A model generated the notes under the pieces. That model was not told the origin of the DNA and did not search any database. It was given only the letters and a program-made list of their open reading frames with translations. A DNA stretch of 63,925 nt, the filler included, from an uncultured bacterium (lineage in GTDB: Bacteria > Hinthialibacterota > Hinthialibacteria > Hinthialibacterales > Hinthialibacteraceae): NCBI GenBank assembly GCA_964449065.1. It is 4 parts of 4 records of this genome, joined end to end, with 100 filler letters (N's around TTAATTAATTAA, not from the genome) between each part and the next. Parts side by side here need not be neighbours in the genome. Positions count along the whole stretch, not along the records: positions 33,862 to 50,648 come from CAYVAZ010000082.1; 3 more parts are not named here. One strand, given 5' to 3'. Made by a program: the position numbers and the translations under genes. Within the stretch, counting starts at the first letter, position 1. Each line of letters opens with the position of its first letter. Below, one piece after another: positions 41,325-50,748 of the stretch.

Positions 41325-41543
41325 AGGGGGGGTGAGTACGTCAATGATGACCGATTAAGTTGACCGCGGTTTATTGCAACTTCCCTTTTTCAATCAATTC
41401 TTTTTGGCGCTCTTCCCAGGAAAAACATTCCGCTAAGATTCGCCCGTTCTTGTGTATCCTGATGATTGATCTTATGTTATACTAAATGGCTTTTTGAAAA
41501 TTAGAATCAATTCATTTCATTTCGGGACGCTAGGCAGTGGATT

Positions 41544-43190
41544 ATGGCTACGGTAACACGCGAACAACTCATTAAATATGTGAAAGGGCTTGAAAACAAA
41601 CTCAAGCAATACAAGGTCGAACTGCAAAAGCGCGACGAAGAGTTAGACGTGTTGCGCAAGCAGGTTTCCTTCTTGCAAGAAGTGAAACAGCCGGACCCCC
41701 CCGTTGCTGAAGCGGCGCAACCCCAGCAAGAAGAACAGCAAACCACCACCGCAGTCATGGAACCTCCTCAACAACTGGATGACCAACAAGTTACTGAACA
41801 GAAATTCAATATACCGAAAAAAGTGAAGCCGTTAGAAGAAAATAAACCTAAATCATTTATCAAAAAAGCGGAAGTAGGGGCGGACCAACGCTTAAAAGAA
41901 GCGGAAGAAGCAAAGTATCAAGAAAAAGAAGAAGAACCGCCAGAACAAATCGAAGAAACATCAGCGGAAGAAGAAACGGAAGAGCCGGAAGAAGAACAGG
42001 GGTTTGTCCCGTCAGTCAATTTTGAATCCGGTGAATTTTTGGAAGCGGTTCTGGATGGAGAAGAAGACGCGGAGGAAATGAAATCGCGTTTGGAGCAGTT
42101 GTTAAACTGCGATAAGGACGAACGGCGGCAGATTTTGATGTCGATGACCGCGCTGCATTGGCAGATGATCGGGAAGATGGGTAAACGGATATCCAGCGGC
42201 CTTTCTTGGGAAAAACGTTTGTTTATGCGCTATGGGATGCTGGATGAACGTCTCATGGAAGAACGCATGGATGTATGGGAGCAGTTGTATCTCGATAAAA
42301 GCAAACCGGATGACACCGGCTTGTATTTTTTGGATGAATGGCTGGAAGAAATTGCTAAAGGGAACCTTAAGTTCAGCACGATTGATGAAATGACATTGGG
42401 CGGCCGGAAACCGGATCATAATGCACGGGGGGAAGTGGCTCTTGGGTATGAATTAATGAACATTGAGAGCATGCAGCGGATGGCGGTGGGCGCGCGCGCC
42501 AATTTGGTTTCGTTATGTGTGCAGGAATACTGCCAGCCCTCACGCGACAACCCGGTACTAAACCGCAAATGGATGCGGGAAAATCTTCCGGAGATCAAAA
42601 AGTGCGATAAGTTAATGTTTTACCGTAAACGAAAAGGGGATGAATATGAAGTCGACCCCCTCTTTATCGTGTCTCCCGGGTACGGCCAAAACGCGGGGTG
42701 TTGGGAACCGTGGAGCCAGGGGCATAAGAAAGATTCCGGCCCGCGGATATGCCTGTGCGCGTTTCCGCAGCGAAACACCAAAAAAGCGGTACTAACAGGG
42801 TTGGCCGAATACCGCTGGGAATACGCCAAAGAAGATGCCATGCACTATTGGCTGACGGAAGGCTTAACCGGAAATTGGCTGCAACTCTTTAACAAAAAAG
42901 AACAGCGCAAAGATTTAAAACAAATATTTGTCGATAACTTCCACTTATGGGTACTTTATGAATCCCGCCGCATCCCCAAAATGGAAAAACGCTTCCGCGA
43001 ATTCTTTTGGTTTAATGTACCGTTTGCAGATGAGATTAAAGAAGGCCTCAAAGGCGGCGGTGTGTTTATGAAATACATCGAAAATGAAGAACGCAAAAAG
43101 CAAAAAGAAAAAGAAGAACAAGAAGAAATCGAACGCATCAAAGCAGAACGCGAAAAACGAAAAGCCGCCCGCCAAGCGGGGGCGGGATAA
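41544..43190 (+). CDS. Hypothetical protein: N-terminal coiled coil, acidic linker, conserved-looking globular C-terminal domain
   Basis: 548-aa ORF with normal codon usage; Trp/Cys-rich C-terminal half. Confidence 0.8.
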   Translation: MATVTREQLIKYVKGLENKLKQYKVELQKRDEELDVLRKQVSFLQEVKQPDPPVAEAAQPQQEEQQTTTAVMEPPQQLDDQQVTEQKFNIPKKVKPLEENKPKSFIKKAEVGADQRLKEAEEAKYQEKEEEPPEQIEETSAEEETEEPEEEQGFVPSVNFESGEFLEAVLDGEEDAEEMKSRLEQLLNCDKDERRQILMSMTALHWQMIGKMGKRISSGLSWEKRLFMRYGMLDERLMEERMDVWEQLYLDKSKPDDTGLYFLDEWLEEIAKGNLKFSTIDEMTLGGRKPDHNARGEVALGYELMNIESMQRMAVGARANLVSLCVQEYCQPSRDNPVLNRKWMRENLPEIKKCDKLMFYRKRKGDEYEVDPLFIVSPGYGQNAGCWEPWSQGHKKDSGPRICLCAFPQRNTKKAVLTGLAEYRWEYAKEDAMHYWLTEGLTGNWLQLFNKKEQRKDLKQIFVDNFHLWVLYESRRIPKMEKRFREFFWFNVPFADEIKEGLKGGGVFMKYIENEERKKQKEKEEQEEIERIKAEREKRKAARQAGAG

Positions 43191-43280
43191 AATAGAGAAG
43201 CAGAGTCAGGCCGTTTTGAAGTGTGAAGCGAACCGAAAATTTTAGTCACGAATGCTCTTCTATGATTCTAAGGATAGAAA

Positions 43281-44237
43281 GTGGAATACGAACCGATTCT
43301 TGCCGATTTCGATAACACGTGGAAAGAAGGCTTGGACGTCTTTTTGAAGGAATTTATTCATTTTTTTCTTCCCGCGGTGTATAATGAAATCGATTGGAAC
43401 AAAGGGTATGAATCGCAAGAACAAGAATTACGGGAAATTATTCCGGGAGGAAGCGCCAATAAAAACTTTGTTGACAAATTGTTTAAGGTTTACCGAAAAG
43501 ACGGCGAAGAAACGTGGGTTTATATCCACATTGAGATCCAATCACAGTTCGATACGAACATGCCTAAGCGAATGTACATCTACCATTGCAAATTGGTTTC
43601 GCAGCAAAAAATGCCGTTAATGAGCTTGATTATATTGGGTGATGAAAATCCCAATTGGCGGCCGGAACGGTATCAACATGAAGTATTGGGCAGTGAAGTG
43701 ATTCTGAAATTTCAGACAGTAAAATTGTTGGATTATAAAAACCGGTTGGAAGATATAAGAGCCAGTAAAAATCCTTTTGGCTTTTTCGTAATCGCTCATC
43801 TCAAAACATTGGAAACCAAGAAAAATCTAAAAAAGCGGTTTGATTATAAAGAAGAAATTACCAAAGAATTGTTGGAAGAAGGATTGTCGCATAAAGAAGC
43901 CGTAGACCTCTTTAAATTGATTGATGCTTTAATGAAATTGCCGAAAGAACTAGAACAGGATTATATCAAGACAATTCGTCAGTATCAGGAGGAAAAGAAA
44001 ATGGCTTTTATCGCTCCGTTTGAAGAACTGGCTATGGAAAAAGGCCGTCAAGAAGGAAGTATTACGGAAGCTCAGTCCTCATTGACTGATATTTTGATGG
44101 TATTGTTTGGAGAATTGCCTGATTCTTTATTGAATGCCATTCAAAACGAGCAGGATGTTAACCGTTTAAGAGACTTACGGAAACGAGCTATAAAAATAAG
44201 TTCTATTGAGGAATTTGAAAGAACAATGAATGAATAG
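43281..44237 (+). CDS. Rpn/YhgA-like (RpnC/YadD-type) PD-(D/E)XK nuclease
   Basis: DNTWKE, FFLP..Y.EIDW, FVDKLFKV, IHIEIQSQ, RMYIY. Confidence 0.85.
   Translation: MEYEPILADFDNTWKEGLDVFLKEFIHFFLPAVYNEIDWNKGYESQEQELREIIPGGSANKNFVDKLFKVYRKDGEETWVYIHIEIQSQFDTNMPKRMYIYHCKLVSQQKMPLMSLIILGDENPNWRPERYQHEVLGSEVILKFQTVKLLDYKNRLEDIRASKNPFGFFVIAHLKTLETKKNLKKRFDYKEEITKELLEEGLSHKEAVDLFKLIDALMKLPKELEQDYIKTIRQYQEEKKMAFIAPFEELAMEKGRQEGSITEAQSSLTDILMVLFGELPDSLLNAIQNEQDVNRLRDLRKRAIKISSIEEFERTMNE
44001..44237 (+). CDS. Putative intragenic Rpn-S antitoxin (78 aa, in frame)
   Basis: AGGAGG at 43987-43992, 8 nt before in-frame ATG 44001 (MAFIAPFEELAMEKG). Confidence 0.6.
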   Translation: MAFIAPFEELAMEKGRQEGSITEAQSSLTDILMVLFGELPDSLLNAIQNEQDVNRLRDLRKRAIKISSIEEFERTMNE

Positions 44238-44294
44238 GTATCCGAATCATTCTGGGTACCGCAATTTTAAAATAACTATAATACTGTTAATCTT

Positions 44295-44798
44295 ATGCAA
44301 CTATTCATTATTCGCCACTCACTAGCAGTCGAAATGATTGAATCGGGTGTGGAAGACGACGCACAGCGTTGGCTTTCCAGCGAAGGCATCGAACGCATAG
44401 AAGATATTTCCGAAGGGATTAAAAAACTGATCCCTGAAATTGATTGTATCTTCACCAGCCCGTTTGTACGGGCAGAGCAGACCGCGAATATCATCGCGCA
44501 GGCGTATTCTACCCCTCCTCCCGTTGAAGTGACACCATTATTACAGCCGGGTGCGGATATCTCAGCAATCGACAAATTAGCCCAAAAAATTCTGGACGAT
44601 GGCAAAGCAGCCTTCGTGGGGCATCAGCCGGATTGCAGCCGGATCATCAATGAACTCATCGGTGGAACCAATCCCGAGGCGATTGAAATGCGCAAAGGGG
44701 CCGTCTGCCGCATTGATGTAAAGGGCGCACCGCTACCGGGCAGCGGGTTGTTGATGTGGCTCTTGCAGCCGCGGGTTTTGCGCGCGGTTGGGAAATAG
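44295..44798 (+). CDS. sixA: Phosphohistidine phosphatase SixA-like
   Basis: LFIIRHS, TSPFVRAEQTA, VGHQP. Confidence 0.85.
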   Translation: MQLFIIRHSLAVEMIESGVEDDAQRWLSSEGIERIEDISEGIKKLIPEIDCIFTSPFVRAEQTANIIAQAYSTPPPVEVTPLLQPGADISAIDKLAQKILDDGKAAFVGHQPDCSRIINELIGGTNPEAIEMRKGAVCRIDVKGAPLPGSGLLMWLLQPRVLRAVGK

Positions 44799-44829
44799 GT
44801 AAAATACATCTTACCTTTTAATTGTTTAT

Positions 44830-45936
44830 ATGATCCTAACCCATCTCCAAATACGGCAGTTTCGCAACATCGCCCAGGCCTCATTTCCCCTGCATGAGGG
44901 GCTGAATCTGTTTGAAGGCCAGAATGCGCAGGGCAAAACCGCTGTGATTGAAGCGGCGTTGTTTTTGGCGACATCACTTTCCCACCGCACCCGCCGTGAA
45001 GAAGAACTCATCCGCTGGGGAGAAGATACCGCGTATCTAAAAGGCACTGTGGATGATGCCGCCGAAGAGATTGCGTTGGAATGCGGCATAAGCAAACAAA
45101 AAAAAGTGGTCAAAGTCGATGGTGTTCCCCTCCCAAAAATTGGTGCGTTGTACGGCAAACTGCGTGTGGTGCTGATGGCTCCCGAAGATTTGGAAATCAT
45201 CACCGGCAGCCCACAAATCCGGCGGCGCTTTTTGGATATGGCGATTTCACAACTCGATCCCCAATACATTTCCTGCTTGCAAAAATTCAAAAAGTCCCTA
45301 AAGCAGCGCAATCATCTTTTAAAGCGCTTGCAGATGAACCGTTCGTCTAATCCCCAAGCCGAACTGGCAGCATGGGATATGCACTACATCACCCATGCGG
45401 TACAAGTCATTGTCCGGCGTATCAATGCGCTAAATGAATTGCAGCCTCTTGCCGAAAACCTGTATGCAGGCTTGGCGGATGACGGACCTTTTTCCATTCA
45501 ATATTCGCTGGAATTGCAGCCGGATGAAGACGCGGTGCGCGAATACCTGACTCAAAAGTTGAAAAAAACTCTTCAGCATGATGTAGACCGCGGCAGCACG
45601 CATCACGGGCCCCACCGGGATGATGTGGTCTGCATACTGGATGGCAGGAACTTAAACATCTTCGGTTCGCAGGGACAGCGCCGTACGGCGGCCCTGGCGT
45701 TGCGCATGACCGAAGCGCATTGGTGCCGGCAAGTGACATCGGCCAACCCACTGCTGTTGATTGACGATGTGGTGTATGAAATGGATAATAACAGACGCAA
45801 ACGGTTTTGGGACTTGATGAATACAACCGCTCAGGTCATCATCACCACAACAGACCGTACCCAATTGGGCATACGGCAGCAACCTTCAGTGATTTATCAG
45901 GTGCAAAATGGACAAATATATTCTGATGGACCGTGA
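44830..45936 (+). CDS. recF: DNA replication/repair protein RecF
   Basis: FRN, GQNAQGKT, RRRFLD, GPHRDD, GSQGQ, LLIDDV. Confidence 0.95.
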   Translation: MILTHLQIRQFRNIAQASFPLHEGLNLFEGQNAQGKTAVIEAALFLATSLSHRTRREEELIRWGEDTAYLKGTVDDAAEEIALECGISKQKKVVKVDGVPLPKIGALYGKLRVVLMAPEDLEIITGSPQIRRRFLDMAISQLDPQYISCLQKFKKSLKQRNHLLKRLQMNRSSNPQAELAAWDMHYITHAVQVIVRRINALNELQPLAENLYAGLADDGPFSIQYSLELQPDEDAVREYLTQKLKKTLQHDVDRGSTHHGPHRDDVVCILDGRNLNIFGSQGQRRTAALALRMTEAHWCRQVTSANPLLLIDDVVYEMDNNRRKRFWDLMNTTAQVIITTTDRTQLGIRQQPSVIYQVQNGQIYSDGP

Positions 45937-46453
45937 CGGCGTCATCAATGTCAAAAAAGAGATACCAATTAAAAGTCTAAACGATTTCGCCATTCTTCCC
46001 AATGTGGCGGAGGCGTTTTATGAGATGCAGCGCCAGGGGATAAACGGTTTGGTGCTGGATAACGATGAAGCGCTTGCCAGCGGCGATGCCGATTTTGCCA
46101 CCATCAATCAAATCAATTCATGCATTGAAAGCCACGTGAGTGAATCCGGTGGACGAGTACATGATGTGCTGGTATGTCCCAGCAATGACGATGTAAAATA
46201 CCCTAATCCTGCTTTGATTGAAAAAGCGGCAGAAAAGTATGGATTGGATTTACAATCCACTTTTTTTGTCACCGCTTCTCTGGAAGGCTTGCAGGCAGGA
46301 TGGGCGGCCAACTGCCGTACCGCATTTGTAAAAACCGGCAAACCCTTTAAAACCATGCAATATATTCAATCCCATGAAACACCATTGGAAATGGTCATGC
46401 CCGATTTGCTTGCTGCGGTCATAAAAATTATCGCAAAATATAAAGAAGCATAA
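45908..46453 (+). CDS. HAD-IIIA hydrolase, GmhB-like but degenerate
   Basis: MDRDGVIN motif I retained; the TNQ, CxCRKP and GD motifs are replaced. Confidence 0.7.
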   Translation: MDKYILMDRDGVINVKKEIPIKSLNDFAILPNVAEAFYEMQRQGINGLVLDNDEALASGDADFATINQINSCIESHVSESGGRVHDVLVCPSNDDVKYPNPALIEKAAEKYGLDLQSTFFVTASLEGLQAGWAANCRTAFVKTGKPFKTMQYIQSHETPLEMVMPDLLAAVIKIIAKYKEA

Positions 46454-46475
46454 AGTAACCCGGAAAGGTTTTTTG

Positions 46476-47681
46476 ATGAAATATCTCTATCCATTATTCT
46501 TGTTAAGTTGGATTTGCAACTCCTCTTCCTCAGCCCAACCGTTTTTGAAGAGTCAACTAATCTTCCCGTTAGAGCATTGGCATAATCACGGCTCGTGCAT
46601 TGTTCAGCAGCCGGATGGGAACGTTTTGGTTTGCTGGTTTCACGGTTCGGGTGAGCGTACCGCGGATGATGTTGCCATTTACGGTGCCCGTTTGATTCAA
46701 GGAGAAGACGAATGGCGCGGCCCGTTCGTCATGGCGGATGTCAAAGCGTTTCCCGATACCAACTGCTGCATGATGATTGAGCCTACCGGTAAACTGTGGC
46801 TGATTTGGCCGACGATTATGGCTAACCAATGGGAAACCGCTTTGTTGAATATCAATACCACGTATGACTATCAGGAAGATAAAGATTTGCCTCCGCATTG
46901 GGGGTGGCATGAAATCCTTCACATCAAACCGGGTGAGAAGTTCGCGGAAACTGCGTTGCCTGTTATAGAAGAGTATAAGAAGAATTTGGAGGGAACTTCT
47001 TCCCGGTATTTAGAGTATATGGAACGTTTGAAAGAGCGGGTGCAGGACAAGTACTTCCGGCGCATGGGATGGATGACACGCGCGCATCCAACGATTCTTT
47101 CAACGGGAAGAATCATCATTCCGCTGTATTCGGATGGCTATAGCTTTTCATTGATGGCGTTAACGGATGACAGCGGAGAGACGTGGCAGTTTTCCACCCC
47201 GCTTGTGGGTGGGGGCAATATTCAGCCCAGTATCGTCGAGAAAAAAGACGGCACGTTGGTTGCCATCATGCGGGATAACGGACCTGCCCCGAAGCGTGCC
47301 CATATAAGCGAATCAACCGATGGCGGCATGACGTGGAGTGCGGTAAGAGATTCGGATATTCCCAATCCCGGCGCTGGGTTGGAATGGATCGTGCTGTCTT
47401 CCGGCGAGTGGGCTTTGATCTACAATGATTCCGAAAATGGACGCCACAGTTTGGCTGTATCGATTTCGGATGACGAAGGGAAAACGTGGAAATGGACACG
47501 CCATCTGGAACGCGTTGAACCGGATAAAGGTTCTTTCCATTATCCATCCATCATCCAGGCAAAAGACGGTACCCTGCATGCGTCATACAGCTATTTTGGA
47601 GACCGGGAGAAATTGGGAGAAGACCGGAAATCGATTAAATATGCTCATTTCAATATTGAATGGGTGAAAGCCACACAATAG
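46476..47681 (+). CDS. Exported BNR/Asp-box sialidase-family protein
   Basis: Signal peptide; Asp boxes TDDSGETW, STDGGMTW, SDDEGKTW; YPSIIQ. Confidence 0.85.
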   Translation: MKYLYPLFLLSWICNSSSSAQPFLKSQLIFPLEHWHNHGSCIVQQPDGNVLVCWFHGSGERTADDVAIYGARLIQGEDEWRGPFVMADVKAFPDTNCCMMIEPTGKLWLIWPTIMANQWETALLNINTTYDYQEDKDLPPHWGWHEILHIKPGEKFAETALPVIEEYKKNLEGTSSRYLEYMERLKERVQDKYFRRMGWMTRAHPTILSTGRIIIPLYSDGYSFSLMALTDDSGETWQFSTPLVGGGNIQPSIVEKKDGTLVAIMRDNGPAPKRAHISESTDGGMTWSAVRDSDIPNPGAGLEWIVLSSGEWALIYNDSENGRHSLAVSISDDEGKTWKWTRHLERVEPDKGSFHYPSIIQAKDGTLHASYSYFGDREKLGEDRKSIKYAHFNIEWVKATQ

Positions 47682-47806
47682 GATAGGGATAAACCTTTTT
47701 GTTATTTTTTTTATTTTGAACTGTTTTGAAAAGCGGATTAGATTGGTATAATTTCATCAGTTTATAATATTTTGATGCCAGTGAGTTTTTAGGGATAGAG
47801 TTCTCC

Positions 47807-48154
47807 ATGAATCCAGTCGAAATGCTGCAAACATTGGATACGATTTTGGGTCATTTAGATCGAATGCTAAGTCTGGATGACCGCGAATTGCATCATGCCT
47901 TGCAATCGTTTTCGAAAGAGTTCCCTCACGAAAGCAAAGAATTGCTGGGCATGCTCCGGGAGCGGAAAACGCTCGAAGAAGAACGGTTGCGAATCTTTCA
48001 AATAAAGGTTGATTTTATCGGGGAATGGTTGAAGAAAATTCGTAAGCAGCCATTGCATGATACGGAAGAAATCGATCAAATGCTTCGTCTACTGAATTTG
48101 GACCCAGACGAAATCGAAGAAATTGTCCAGCAAAAATACAAAGACGTATCGTGA
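47807..48154 (+). CDS. Hypothetical alpha-helical protein
   Basis: 115-aa ORF with ATG start; no recognisable motif. Confidence 0.6.
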   Translation: MNPVEMLQTLDTILGHLDRMLSLDDRELHHALQSFSKEFPHESKELLGMLRERKTLEEERLRIFQIKVDFIGEWLKKIRKQPLHDTEEIDQMLRLLNLDPDEIEEIVQQKYKDVS

Positions 48155-48248
48155 TTATATCCTCATCGAATCAATCATACCGTTTTCAAAGAATTCAGTT
48201 TTTTTTATATGAAGGGTTTTAATTGAGGTTCAATTGATAAGACCTAAT

Positions 48249-48280
48249 ACCAAAAGAAAAATAAACCAAAAGAAAAATAA
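48249..48280 (+). repeat. Tandem 16-bp repeat ACCAAAAGAAAAATAA x2
   Basis: Exact duplication. Confidence 0.85.
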
Positions 48281-48462
48281 AATGCCCGCATTCGGTGCAA
48301 CCTGCGCGTATCCGGACAAAATGGGCGTTTGGACAATAACAACGTGATTTGACTTAGACTTCCTTTCGCTTTTACATAAAACGGAATCTTCATGCGTAAG
48401 CATCATGCATAATCATAGTCTATAAGGGTTGAGCCTGCTGATGATTACCAACATTTTTCATT

Positions 48463-48753
48463 TCAATTGGGATAGTCATGTTTTTCCAGTTCGGTTTTTA
48501 GTTGCTGTTTGAATTCTTTTATCGACTGCGTTTGAAACACCTCTTTCAATAATCTTTTAAGTGTAGGAATCGAATCGATTTGTTGAATTTGTTGTTTAAC
48601 CGTTTTTGGTATGCCGCTATATTTTTCCTCCAATTGCTCCAGCACAGTTTCCTGGAGAGCATTCAATTTCCCTTGTTGGATCCCTTGTTGGATCCCCTGT
48701 TGGATCCCCTGTTGGATGCCCTCTTCAATGAATGACTCTGCGATTGTTGTCAT
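48463..48753 (-). CDS. Putative intragenic Rpn-S antitoxin (96 aa, in frame)
   Basis: AAAGGAGAGG immediately upstream of in-frame ATG 48753 (MTTIAESFIEEG). Confidence 0.65.
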   Translation of the reverse strand: MTTIAESFIEEGIQQGIQQGIQQGIQQGKLNALQETVLEQLEEKYSGIPKTVKQQIQQIDSIPTLKRLLKEVFQTQSIKEFKQQLKTELEKHDYPN

Positions 48754-49491
48754 GGCTTCCTCTCCTTTTGGATGCAGCGTCTCGTGTGCAATTTGAATCA
48801 TCTCGTCTTTGTTTTTCTGGTTGGTTATACTATAAAAATAGGTTATAACACTTTTCAAAAAGTCCAACCCTTTTTTGTGGCTGAATAATTCACGAGCCAA
48901 CTCAAAGGTTTCGATGAAGCGTTGAGGAGATTGACTGATGGCGTATGCCCGAAGAGCGGAAACAAACACTTTCAGAAACACCTCACCCCGCAATTGGAGT
49001 TCTTTCCGGGGAGAAAAATCAAGCAAGAGATATTCATAGGTTGGTATAAAACGCTGAAATGGTTTGCTTGTTTGGAACAAGTCAGCGAACTGAGTCGAAA
49101 CACGCCATTTCTGTTTTCCATGGTAAATTACAATAGGCAAGACCGGAGTTAAAAACTTAGCATTGCTGTTTTTACGGTCATTTTCCCAAATTTGATTTAA
49201 GTATTTGTTTACCTGTTGGCAGATCCAATATTCCGGGCGGCTTTTGTGTTCAAACAACAAATACAAATAGGATGGCGTTTGATCCTTCAGTTGAACGGAA
49301 TACAATAAATCTGAATAATATTCTTTTAATTCTTCATCGATGAAACTGTCTTTTTCCAAATGAAGGGTATTGAGGTTCAGTTGGGAAACGATGTCCGGTT
49401 CCAAGTAATGTTCGATTAGATTTGCAGTTAGATCAAAATTGGATAGAGCACTTTTGATAAATCTGTCGTTTGGATTGGGAATTTGTTTCAT
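48463..49491 (-). CDS. Rpn-family recombination-promoting nuclease/putative transposase (Transposase_31)
   Basis: NDRFIK, DSFIDEEL..YSDLLYSV, YLLFEHKS, PVLPIVIYHG...W. Confidence 0.9.
   Translation of the reverse strand: MKQIPNPNDRFIKSALSNFDLTANLIEHYLEPDIVSQLNLNTLHLEKDSFIDEELKEYYSDLLYSVQLKDQTPSYLYLLFEHKSRPEYWICQQVNKYLNQIWENDRKNSNAKFLTPVLPIVIYHGKQKWRVSTQFADLFQTSKPFQRFIPTYEYLLLDFSPRKELQLRGEVFLKVFVSALRAYAISQSPQRFIETFELARELFSHKKGLDFLKSVITYFYSITNQKNKDEMIQIAHETLHPKGEEAMTTIAESFIEEGIQQGIQQGIQQGIQQGKLNALQETVLEQLEEKYSGIPKTVKQQIQQIDSIPTLKRLLKEVFQTQSIKEFKQQLKTELEKHDYPN
48670..48717 (-). repeat. 12-bp x4 tandem repeat encoding (GIQQ)n
   Basis: CCC(T/C)TGTTGGAT x4. Confidence 0.9.
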
Positions 49492-49535
49492 CAGAGATGC
49501 CCTGCCTACTAATGAAGTTAAGCAAAAATCAACTC

Positions 49536-50549
49536 TTACACGCGTATTGTTTTTCCCTTTTGATCGGATTCATAAGCCGCCAAAGCGGCGAGCAGCGAAT
49601 GTCTGCCTTCATCCAATCCCATCGGTGGTGGTGTCCCTTTTTTAACGCAGCGGATGAATTGATCCATTTGAGTGGGCCAGCCCCCTTTGAGCGGTTCTTT
49701 CTCGATTAACTTTTTGCGTGAAGTTCGCTTGCCGGACGGTGTGGTGGTTCCGGTTAGGATATAGGCGGTATCGTTGTAATCGATGACGATGCAGCCTTTG
49801 TCGCCATAGAGTTCAATTCCCGCGAAGCCCTGCTGTGTGGTCCAGCCCGCTTCGGCATACCCCATTGTGCCGGATGCAAACTTGAATTGCATAATGGCGT
49901 TGTCTTCAACTGGAATCTTTTTCACCAAGGTATCCACAAACGCGTTAATGTTTTCGATTTTACCGAAGAAGTATGACGCCAAATCAATGGCATGGATGCC
50001 CATATCAAACAAAGCGCCGCCACCGGATTGCGCGGGAGTGAAGAAGGATTTACTCATCATCCAGCCTTGATCGGGGCCGCCGTGCGCGAAGCGGATACGG
50101 ATCATAAACGGTTTGCCGATGTCGCCGCGCTCCAGCGCTTTCTTGGCTTTGATGTTGCCTTGAAAGGTGCGGTGGGTAAATGCCATCATAAAAATGGTGC
50201 CGGATTTCGTGACGGCGTTTTCGATGCGCTTAATGTCTTTCTTATCCACACACATGGGTTTTTCACACAACACGTGGCAGCCCTGTTTAAGGGCGGCGAT
50301 GGCTTGATCGGCGTGAAAGCGGTTGGGCGAACACACGCTAACCATATCGGGTTGTTCTTTCTCCAGCATCTCTTCTATGTTGGTATATCCATTCGGAATG
50401 TTGAACGTCTTCATCGCCAGTTCACGGTTTTTCTTTCCGGGATCGACAACCGCGGTCAGTTCGACATTTTTGGCGGATTGGTATCCGGGGATATGGCAAT
50501 GGTGCGCGATGGCTCCGCACCCAACAACGGCGGCTTTCAGTTTTTTCAT
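49536..50549 (-). CDS. Gfo/Idh/MocA-family oxidoreductase
   Basis: VVGCGAIA, HVLCEKP, GGGALFDMGIHAID. Confidence 0.93.
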   Translation of the reverse strand: MKKLKAAVVGCGAIAHHCHIPGYQSAKNVELTAVVDPGKKNRELAMKTFNIPNGYTNIEEMLEKEQPDMVSVCSPNRFHADQAIAALKQGCHVLCEKPMCVDKKDIKRIENAVTKSGTIFMMAFTHRTFQGNIKAKKALERGDIGKPFMIRIRFAHGGPDQGWMMSKSFFTPAQSGGGALFDMGIHAIDLASYFFGKIENINAFVDTLVKKIPVEDNAIMQFKFASGTMGYAEAGWTTQQGFAGIELYGDKGCIVIDYNDTAYILTGTTTPSGKRTSRKKLIEKEPLKGGWPTQMDQFIRCVKKGTPPPMGLDEGRHSLLAALAAYESDQKGKTIRV

Positions 50550-50648
50550 AACGCTAACCCTCTCAATTTTTGATTAGGGAATGATAATGATCAACCCACT
50601 TTTTTGTTAGTGTTAGATAGCCGTCAGGCGGGAGCGGCAAAAAATCTT

Positions 50649-50748
50649 NNNNNNNNNNNNNNNNNNNNNNNNNNNNNNNNNNNNNNNNNNNNTTAATTAA
50701 TTAANNNNNNNNNNNNNNNNNNNNNNNNNNNNNNNNNNNNNNNNNNNN
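50649..50748. other. Artificial contig linker
   Basis: N-TTAATTAATTAA-N. Confidence 0.97.

Noticed and set aside
43281..49491. Two Rpn 'transposases' as ends of a composite transposon around recF
   Set aside because: Different subfamilies, no shared terminal repeats, and Rpn proteins are not shown to transpose.
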